From positions 1 to 17,461 of the forward strand of contig JBLIRO010000092.1 in assembly GCA_049472335.1 (NCBI GenBank): DNA of 17,461 nucleotides, read 5' to 3'. Below the pieces are notes generated by a model. It did no database searches and was not told where the DNA came from. It was given only the letters and a program-made list of their open reading frames with translations. Every line of letters starts with the position of its first letter. Within the stretch, counting starts at the first letter, position 1. This stretch comes from a bacterium. GTDB lineage: Bacteria; SZUA-182; DTGQ01; JAFGSM01. The position numbers and the translations under genes are program-made. Positions 1 through 7,117 of this stretch are shown in pieces.

Positions 1-1277
1 TCCACCTTCTCGCGTAACTTTTGAAACAAGAGCGAAAGCAGCCTCTGTTGTCTGGAAATTGCCTGGACCTGTGCGACCATGCCCAGGTCAATCCGTCCGA
101 TATCACCCCCTCCCCCTTTCAGAAACCTCTTGTCTATCGATGTTGTTACACTGTAAACATAGCCTATATCCTTTTGATATTCAGCATCTGGCGAAATTGT
201 CAGTATTTTTCCTGAGGCTGTTCCATATTCCTGATAGGGAAAGGCCTCATATTTCAGCTTTACTTCTTGATTTTTGTATAAAAGACCAGCCTCACGGTTT
301 GGGAAATATGCCTCAACAACTATTAATGATTCTAGTGGAGAGATATGTGCCAACATGGCTCCCGGTTCAACCAGGTCCCGCTCCCGCTTCACACCCAACC
401 AGGTCACAGTTCCCGAAATGGGTGCTACTATCTCTCTATTTCCAAGCTCATGTCTGGCTATCTCCAGGTCACTTTCCAATGACTCCAGTTCTTTGCACCG
501 GGATGCGATTTGGTTCTCCATGTCCGTTAATACTCGAGTTGATTCCTCCAGCAAGATACTCACCTTCTTTTTTGTCAACTCCAGGCTCATCAGTGCAGAC
601 TGCATATCTTTTTTTGCCTGCCTCTCACGTGCTTCGGCTTGCTCAACTTTAGCCCTCGCAACTTCAGCTACGGTCTTTGCCTCTTCAAGCTTCACACGTG
701 CAACCATGTTTTGCTTTGCCAATTTTTCCGAGGATTTCAGAGACTGCTCGCTGTCTTTGAGCCCTGCAAGTGCCACCCGCACCTCTGCCTTTCTGCTCGA
801 AACCTCGTCTTCCCTGGTACGTACTGCTGTTTCTGATATCTTCAGTTCCAGTTCAGCCTTCTCTTTCTCTATTTCTATCTGGGCCAATAGACTTGTTTTT
901 TTTGTACTCAATGCATCCAGATCCTTTTGCAGCCTATCCTGTTCAACCTTGATCTTCTGTATCTTTTCTCTTACTTCGATATCTTCCAGCTTCATTAGCA
1001 ACTGGCCTTTCTCAACCTTGTCCCCTTCTTTTACGGATAGTCCCACCAGCCGTCCCCCTGCTTCCGCCTGAATTTTATTCACATCTCCCTCCGGCCTTAC
1101 CACTCCTATTCCCTTTGCTGTTATATCTATTTTTGTAAAATAGGCCCAGGATACGGCTACAAGAATCACTAAAAGTAAAAGATACATGCTTACCTTTGTA
1201 AATCGTGGTATCCTGGCAAGGATAATCTCCATCGAATCCGTGTATTCTTCTATGTTCAATATCTCATTGTCAGACAT
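1..1277 (-). CDS. HlyD family membrane fusion (secretion adaptor) protein, 3' end runs off the window
   Basis: Not in the ORF track; translated manually from ATG at 1277 (SD AAGGAG upstream): MSDNEILNIEEYTDSMEIILARIPRFTKVSMYLLLLVILVAVSWAYFTKIDITAKGIGVVRPEG...GLSVKEGDKVEKGQLL, a long coiled coil, IVAPISGTV, VKLKYEAFPYQEYG, TISPDA, LGMVAQV. N-terminal TM helix and lipoyl half-motifs are typical of HlyD; directly downstream of the PCAT. Confidence 0.95.
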   Translation of the reverse strand, partial: MSDNEILNIEEYTDSMEIILARIPRFTKVSMYLLLLVILVAVSWAYFTKIDITAKGIGVVRPEGDVNKIQAEAGGRLVGLSVKEGDKVEKGQLLMKLEDIEVREKIQKIKVEQDRLQKDLDALSTKKTSLLAQIEIEKEKAELELKISETAVRTREDEVSSRKAEVRVALAGLKDSEQSLKSSEKLAKQNMVARVKLEEAKTVAEVARAKVEQAEARERQAKKDMQSALMSLELTKKKVSILLEESTRVLTDMENQIASRCKELESLESDLEIARHELGNREIVAPISGTVTWLGVKRERDLVEPGAMLAHISPLESLIVVEAYFPNREAGLLYKNQEVKLKYEAFPYQEYGTASGKILTISPDAEYQKDIGYVYSVTTSIDKRFLKGGGGDIGRIDLGMVAQVQAISRQQRLLSLLFQKLREKV

Positions 1278-1328
1278 TATTCAGAACTCCTTTTGTATGT
1301 TGATTTATTTCTGTCCAAATCCCTTCAA

Positions 1329-3587
1329 CTATTTGCTCTCCTGTGTGGCCATTGCTTCCTGCATGCAATCCCATTGATTTTCCTGTTCCATTGTGCCATT
1401 ATTACCAATTGCGGTTGATAGCACGGATTTCTCCACCACCGGAAAGATCTGTTGCTCCCAAAAGGAGCAATAGATGCCTCTTTGTTCAAGCAGATCTTCG
1501 TGGGTGCCTGTTTCCACAATCCTTCCTTCTCGCATTACAACTATGATGTCTGCCTTTACTATGGTGCTCAATCTGTGGGCAGCCACTACTGTTGTTAGAT
1601 CACCCATAACATTTTCCATGGTCTTTTGTATTGAGTTCTCTGACACACTATCAAGGTGACTGGTGGCCTCATCCAGTAGTAATATCTTAGGATTTCCCAC
1701 TATTGCCCTTGCAATCGCTATCCTTTGTCTCTGCCCTCCGGATAGGGTTGCCCCTCTTTCTCCGATGAGTGTTTCATATCTCTGAGGCAGGCTCATTATG
1801 AAATCATGGATACCTGCAATCTTTGCTGCTGCCACTACTTCCTCCATACTGGTCCCGGAATTTCTCAAGGCAATGTTTTCTCTTATTGTTCCATGGAACA
1901 TAAAGCAATCCTGCTCGACCATTCCAATATTGCTTCTAAGCGTATCCAGGGATACGTCACGAATGTCATTTCCATCCAGCAGGAGGCAGCCTTTTTCCGG
2001 ATCATAGAAACGGGCTATCAATTTCAACAACGTTGTTTTACCGCAACCGCTTTCACCAACCAGCGCCACTGTTTTGCCTGCAGGGATCTCAAAATTTATA
2101 TCTTGAAGCACAAGAGTTCTCTTGCCATACCGGAATGAAACGTCCTTAAACTGAATGTGTCCTTTTACATCCTGAGGATGGAGCTTGCTGCTTTCATTGT
2201 CCTTTTCAATCTCCAGGTCCAGCACCTCACCTAACCTGTCCGCTGCAACCAATGCATCCTGCAGTTCCAGATTAACATTGGCCAATCTCTCTATTGGTCC
2301 TAACATGAAACCCATTAGAGTATAGAAGAACATCAACTGGCCTGTAGTCAGAAAGCCATCTATCACCTGGTGGCTTCCGTACCACAAAAGCGCCAATGTT
2401 CCAAAGGCTGAGATTGTTGTAGTCAGTGTCCGGGAAGTCATCCCGATTATTCCAATATTGAAGATGGATCGTATCATACTGACGAACAATGTCTCTGCCT
2501 TGGAAAAAGAAGATCTTTCTGCGGTGAATCCCTTCAGTGTTGATACCCCTGTTACTGATTCAACAAGGTATCCTTCAAGCTCCGCAGCTTGCTCCATAAT
2601 CTTTCTCTGGTTACTTTTGATTGGCCGGTGCAGTCCTAGAAACATCATTGACATAAACGGTATGACCAATACGGCCACCAGGGTTAATTTCCAATTGTAA
2701 TAGAACATCACTCCAATAGAGACTACGACCAAGGTTGTGTCCAGGATTATTGTCAGTGTAGTACCGCTTATGGCAGTCCGGATTTTCACCGCATCATTCA
2801 ATCGTGACAGGATTTCACCCACCTTGCGTGTATCAAAGAACCTCATTGGCAATCTCAGGATATGCCGATAGTACTGGACCATCAGGGCCACATCCACCTT
2901 CTGCCCTATATGCACCAGCAGGTATTGTCTCAATGCGCCGTATACCATCCTGAACAAAATAAGCAGAACCATCCCTATGGTGAGAACATTCAACAGGCGT
3001 GTACTCTGATTGACCAGGACATTATCTACTAGCACCTGCACATAATAAGAAGTCCCCAGACCGAGGAGGGTGAATAGCAATGCACATATAAAGGTCTCAA
3101 TAAGTGTGCCCAAGTTTGGTTTTATAAGGTTTACAATACGACTCAAGGGGGATTCGGATCCTTCTTTGGTTGAGAATTCAGGTTTTGGAACAGCAAGCAT
3201 AAGGACCCCCGTCCACCTCTCCAGAAATGTTTCCTTGGACCACTCCACCACACCTTCGCCCGGATCTGCTATTATTACCTTGTCATCCTTTACCTGATGA
3301 ATAACTACATAATGGAGTAGCTGTTTTATCGACACATGTGCAACAGCAGGCAATGGGATATGAGGAAGGCTTTCCCACCTTCCCCGCACTGCCTTGGCCA
3401 CGAATCCCAATTCCTCGGCAGCCTCAACAAGGCCCAACATATTCGTACCTCTTCTATCCGTCCCTGCGATATCACGGATCTTGCTGATGGTAATCCTTAA
3501 TCCATAATGCCGGGCTAATGTGGCCAGTACTGCTGCCCCGCAATCTGTAACATCATGCTGTTTCACACAAACATATCTTTTAAACAT
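1329..3587 (-). CDS. Peptidase-containing ABC transporter (C39 peptidase + TMD + NBD; SunT/ComA/LagD-type exporter)
   Basis: C39 motif QHDVTDCGAA with the His (LLHYVVI) and Asp (IADPGEG) intact; TM domain; Walker A GESGCGKTT, signature LSGGQRQR, Walker B ILLLDEAT, AHRLST. Start moved from 3704 to the ATG at 3587 (MFKRY), which follows SD AGGGAG. Confidence 0.96.
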   Translation of the reverse strand: MFKRYVCVKQHDVTDCGAAVLATLARHYGLRITISKIRDIAGTDRRGTNMLGLVEAAEELGFVAKAVRGRWESLPHIPLPAVAHVSIKQLLHYVVIHQVKDDKVIIADPGEGVVEWSKETFLERWTGVLMLAVPKPEFSTKEGSESPLSRIVNLIKPNLGTLIETFICALLFTLLGLGTSYYVQVLVDNVLVNQSTRLLNVLTIGMVLLILFRMVYGALRQYLLVHIGQKVDVALMVQYYRHILRLPMRFFDTRKVGEILSRLNDAVKIRTAISGTTLTIILDTTLVVVSIGVMFYYNWKLTLVAVLVIPFMSMMFLGLHRPIKSNQRKIMEQAAELEGYLVESVTGVSTLKGFTAERSSFSKAETLFVSMIRSIFNIGIIGMTSRTLTTTISAFGTLALLWYGSHQVIDGFLTTGQLMFFYTLMGFMLGPIERLANVNLELQDALVAADRLGEVLDLEIEKDNESSKLHPQDVKGHIQFKDVSFRYGKRTLVLQDINFEIPAGKTVALVGESGCGKTTLLKLIARFYDPEKGCLLLDGNDIRDVSLDTLRSNIGMVEQDCFMFHGTIRENIALRNSGTSMEEVVAAAKIAGIHDFIMSLPQRYETLIGERGATLSGGQRQRIAIARAIVGNPKILLLDEATSHLDSVSENSIQKTMENVMGDLTTVVAAHRLSTIVKADIIVVMREGRIVETGTHEDLLEQRGIYCSFWEQQIFPVVEKSVLSTAIGNNGTMEQENQWDCMQEAMATQESK

Positions 3588-3916
3588 TATCATCTCCCTG
3601 TAGAGTGTAGATCCAAAAAAAGTATTTGCTTTTGGATGTAAGTCATGATTTGAAACATGATTTATGTATTTTGGTCTATGATATAATTGGTTTATGTTAT
3701 ACAATGATAATCATTTTAGAATTTTGAGAAACTCGATAAGAAGAAAGAAAAAAAGTAAAAAATAATTAAATAATGTGAAAAAGTAGTAAATTCGAAATAG
3801 TTAAAGCAGACAATTTCAGGGCTGAAAAGGTTTCTTTTTTCCTCTGAGTGTTTGAATGCATAACGGATTTAACCTTTAAAGAAATCAACTCAATTCACTT
3901 TATATTCAATTATAAG

Positions 3917-3951
3917 AATAAATATTACCACTCTTGGTGGAGTTATTCATT
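3917..3951 (-). promoter_or_regulatory. Conserved small hairpin just downstream of the NusG paralog (copy 1), in the PCAT leader
   Basis: Minus strand AATGAATAACTCCACCAAGAGTGGTAATATTTATT (CCAC/GTGG inner stem, AATGAATA/TATTTATT outer stem). A 23-nt core is identical to 14795-14817. Function is inferred. Confidence 0.6.
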
Positions 3952-3958
3952 TAAAAAT

Positions 3959-4495
3959 TCAATGTATTTTAATTAAATTTAATCCAAGAATTGTATCAAA
4001 TTCATGATTAAACAATTTAATTCTAACTTTTGCTTTGTGTTTCTTTTTGTTTACAAATATTATAGTTCCATTAAAATATTTAAGAGGACCAGATAATATT
4101 TCAACATTATTACCTTTATGAGAAATACCTTTTGATAAAGGAACAATTCCATTTTCATTAGTAATGAAGTCTAAATATTGCATTTCTTCAGGTCTAATTT
4201 TAGCTGGTTTATCATTAAAACAAACCGGTCTTATAAATTGCCTTAATTTGATATTAATTATTTCATCTATAAAAATATCTATTTCCTTATGTAAGAAAAT
4301 ATATCCTGGAAATAATGGATATATTGTTTTTACCAAATCTTTATTTTTAATATGTAGTACTTCCCTTAATGGTATAAGCATATTGAAATAATTATTAAAT
4401 ACTCTATCTATTCTATTTTTTATTTGTCGTTCTTTTCTACTTATTGTTTGTAATACATACCAGTTATCATAATCTCTTATATACATATTGTTCAT
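3959..4495 (-). CDS. loaP: NusG-paralog transcription antiterminator, LoaP-like
   Basis: NGN motifs WYVLQT..KE and PLFPGYIF; KOW motif G..VEILSGPLKYFNGTI; basic patch VNKKKHKAKV and terminal ILGLNLI resemble the LoaP subfamily. Not in the secE-nusG-rplK context, so not housekeeping NusG. Subfamily assignment is less certain than the family. Confidence 0.8.
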   Translation of the reverse strand: MNNMYIRDYDNWYVLQTISRKERQIKNRIDRVFNNYFNMLIPLREVLHIKNKDLVKTIYPLFPGYIFLHKEIDIFIDEIINIKLRQFIRPVCFNDKPAKIRPEEMQYLDFITNENGIVPLSKGISHKGNNVEILSGPLKYFNGTIIFVNKKKHKAKVRIKLFNHEFDTILGLNLIKIH

Positions 4496-4525
4496 TTTTT
4501 AATACCTTTAATATTTTCTTAATAT

Positions 4526-4748
4526 TTTTTCTTAGCAGTTCTTTTCATTGTTTCTAAATCTAATATACGAGGGGGACGGAAAAACCTTGCAACAGAATTA
4601 AAAATTTGTTTTTTATCAAAAACCAATTTATTCAGAAATAAAATAGAGTGTATTTGATTTAAAACAAATTTCAAAATTCTTTTGCAGGGTTTTCCCATCT
4701 AGCTCGTATCTTAGGTTAAGTGACAATGAAAATAACAACTCAGAAAAA
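4526..4748. repeat. Long imperfect inverted repeat (arms ~4526-4620 and ~4653-4748)
   Basis: Left arm gttcttttcattgtttctaaatctaatatacgagggggacggaaaaaccttgcaacagaatt...aaatttgttttttatcaaa aligns with the reverse complement of the right arm gttattttcattgtcacttaacctaagatacgagctagatgggaaaaccctgcaaaagaatt...aaatttgttttaaatcaaa; roughly three quarters of positions pair. Confidence 0.9.
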
Positions 4749-5042
4749 GGGATCGATTCCATACTAAAAAAGATCTGGATAAGTATTTAGTCCTTTGAAA
4801 ATGACTGATTTTTTAAAACCCAGCTTTGTAAAAAATAGTTGTTTTTTAATAATCAGAATCAATTGAGTTGGAATTTTAAATCATATGAAAAATAAATCCA
4901 ATAATATCAAGAGGCATGAAATATAAGAACTTGGGGAGGTGATTTTATGTAAAGTAGATGATTTCAAAAAGAATTATACGTATTAACTAAAGTTTTAACC
5001 TAGTTAAAAGGACAAACGCACAAAATCCTTTATTAAAAATTT

Positions 5043-5933
5043 AATGTGATTTGTGATGGCAAGATATGTCCTTTATTAACCAGGAGGTGATGTCTATGGA
5101 TTAATGCAATGTTATATTCATCATTAACTTAAAATAATTTAACCAACAATTTAAAAGAGGAGATTAAAAACGATGAAATATTCTGTTACGAAATTTTTTA
5201 TATCAGTTTTAATATTGACGTTTGTTATGCTTTCAATCACAAGGATGCATACATATGCTCAATGTTTAGATAATCAATGTTCAGATGAAATGGCCGGATA
5301 CGGATTCCTATTGGACTCTGAGAGCCAAGCGTCGGTGTATTTGGCGGAAAACTTAAGTCCTCAAAACTTTTTGATGTCACAACAACTCGGCCAGGTCATG
5401 TTAGCCCTTAATGAGGGTTGCACCAATTGTGAACCAAATCCTGGTAGTATCGGTGGTGGACTTAGGATGTGCTGTCATGATGTCTTTAAATATAATCCAA
5501 TAACAAAACAAATAGAGTGGGTAACGGAGTGTTGGATAGAGGGTTGTACACCGCTCCCTTGGCCCCTTTTTTTGTGGCCCGGAGGTTACCCTATTTGAGC
5601 GGAATGATGTAATTTGATTTTTGATGGCAAGCGAGATATACCCTTTTTTGCCCACGAAGTGGTTTCTATGGATTAATGCTATGTTCTCTGCATCATCAAT
5701 TTAACCTAACTTACAATTCTGAAAGGAGATTAAAACGATGAAATTTTATGTTACGAAATTTTTTGTATCAGTTTTGATATTGGCGTTTGTTGTGCTTTCA
5801 ATCAAAGTGATACATGCATATGCTGAGTGTTTAGATGGTCAGTGTTTAAATGGAACATATGAATACGGGTTCCCATTGGACTCTGAGAGCCAAGCATCAA
5901 GTAATTTGTCGGTGAACCTAGGTCCTCAAACTT
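5043..5933 (+). repeat. Direct duplication (~5043-5369 and ~5611-5933) covering the leader, signal peptide and pro region of two precursor genes
   Basis: Shared blocks such as tgatggcaag, ctatggattaatgc, ggagattaaaa, gttacgaaatttttt and ttggactctgagagccaagc; similarity stops abruptly after cctcaaa. Confidence 0.9.
5173..5598 (+). CDS. Secreted cysteine-rich precursor protein, copy 1 (signal + pro region + 6-Cys core)
   Basis: SD GAGGAG; Sec-type signal MKYSVTKFFISVLILTFVMLSITRMHTYA; N-terminal ~65 aa homologous to 5738-6109; core CTNC-x13-CC-x18-C-x4-C. Confidence 0.85.
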   Translation: MKYSVTKFFISVLILTFVMLSITRMHTYAQCLDNQCSDEMAGYGFLLDSESQASVYLAENLSPQNFLMSQQLGQVMLALNEGCTNCEPNPGSIGGGLRMCCHDVFKYNPITKQIEWVTECWIEGCTPLPWPLFLWPGGYPI

Positions 5934-6109
5934 CTAATTCATTGCCAACCATCTCTTTCGGGTGCACCTTTGAATGTTATATGGATTGGGTGGAATGTAT
6001 GACGGGTCCACTCGATCAATCAACCGTGTACTGTAATGAAAGATTAAAATGGTGTCTTATCTGGTGTCATATAGGACACCCGTACCCGGGAACAACAATC
6101 CTATGGTAG
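5738..6109 (+). CDS. Secreted cysteine-rich precursor protein, copy 2 (signal + pro region + 6-Cys core)
   Basis: SD AAGGAG; signal MKFYVTKFFVSVLILAFVVLSIKVIHAYA; core C-x3-C-x6-C-x11-C-x6-C-x3-C. Confidence 0.85.
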   Translation: MKFYVTKFFVSVLILAFVVLSIKVIHAYAECLDGQCLNGTYEYGFPLDSESQASSNLSVNLGPQTSNSLPTISFGCTFECYMDWVECMTGPLDQSTVYCNERLKWCLIWCHIGHPYPGTTILW

Positions 6110-6203
6110 AAGATGATTGAAGTGAATAGAAAATGCGCAATCATGCATTCTGTATATAGTTGAATGACAAATAGTGAACAATTGAAGGGGAGCAAGTAAT
6201 GTT

Positions 6204-6464
6204 TTGCAAAAAAGGCTAAAACTACTTGCTCCTTCAGTCTTCGCGGATAATTATGAATCGGGTTACAAGGATTTCAAGATTGGGGTGGTACTAAGGCATG
6301 CACTTGAAAAAGCCGGCCTTTCCCAGGAAGAAGTAGCTGGAAAGCTTCACACGAAGAAATCTGCAATTTCCAGGAATGAAAATCATGCAGAGGATATTCG
6401 GCTTTCAACATTAGAGAAATTTGCGCACGCCATAGGTAAACAGCTTAAAGTGTCTGTAAAATAA
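6204..6464 (+). CDS. XRE family HTH protein (HigA-like antitoxin type), probably 5'-truncated or frameshifted
   Basis: FADNYESGYKDFKIG..LR.A.EKAGLSQEEVA.KLHTKKSAISR.ENHAEDIRLSTLEKFA.A.GK is a typical XRE antitoxin sequence. The start is only TTG, and the SD-led ATG at 6199 is out of frame. No toxin gene upstream. Confidence 0.75.
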   Translation: MQKRLKLLAPSVFADNYESGYKDFKIGVVLRHALEKAGLSQEEVAGKLHTKKSAISRNENHAEDIRLSTLEKFAHAIGKQLKVSVK

Positions 6465-6565
6465 AATATTGCAGATAACCAGTTTCAGACCATCACAAAA
6501 TGAGAAATAAAAGGCAACAGAATACCAGAAGACACTCAGATAAATGCGCCATGGCCTGCCTAGAT

Positions 6566-6600
6566 AGGTGAACAATATAGAACAGGTGAACAATATAGAA
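6566..6600. repeat. 18-bp tandem duplication (aggtgaacaatatagaac, ~2 copies)
   Basis: Seen directly at 6566-6583 and 6584-6600. Confidence 0.85.
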
Positions 6601-7117
6601 AAAGTATTACAATTTTTCTAAGATAGCAAATGGTCCAAATAAATCTTTTTTGATTCCTTTAAAACATCTTAATCTATGGCAGCCACAAGCTCACGACCCT
6701 CCAATGATTTAGGATAATGAGATAATTGAAGATACGATTTATGACTATAATTTCTTTGATTATCTTCCTTCATAACCTGCTCTATCAGCTTTTTTCCGAA
6801 ATACTCACACTATAGGTGAACCTAAGTTTCTAATATTTAATACCCTTTTAGGCCTTTTAAGATTATTTTCACTATTTCTATAATTTCTCCTTTCCAAGAA
6901 ATTATTCTCTTTTCATCTTATGGTAAGTTCTCATTGAATATTTGTTTTGACAAAAATGGGAATTCTGTGTATACTTTTATTCAGACAAAGCGAATTCCTA
7001 TCAGATATCAGAATCAAGTTGAATATTTTTTCTATCAAAAGCGGAAATTCTGCCTCTATTTTTATTTTTTATCAAAATAATACAATATCATGGTACCCTG
7101 TCAAAGGAGATAGAATC

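Noticed and set aside
21..1071. Plus-strand ORFs 21-215, 59-652, 274-1071 and others
   Set aside because: Antisense shadows of the HlyD gene; no SD or recognisable motifs.
3588..3704. 39-aa N-terminal extension of the PCAT in the ORF track
   Set aside because: AT-rich and non-coding in character; the SD-led ATG at 3587 sits just before the C39 motif.
5104..5127. Tiny ORF MQCYIHH overlapping the minigene stop (MLCSLHH... in the duplicate)
   Set aside because: Differences between the copies are non-synonymous and the lengths differ; the similarity is explained by DNA duplication.
5173..6109. The Cys-rich precursors as direct substrates of the neighbouring PCAT
   Set aside because: They carry hydrophobic Sec-type signals ending TYA/AYA and no double-glycine leader, and they are transcribed divergently. 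A link is not excluded but is unsupported.
6947..7117. Extended N-terminus of the 1006-aa ORF
   Set aside because: TTG start with no SD; the signal peptide begins at ATG 7118 behind AAGGAG.
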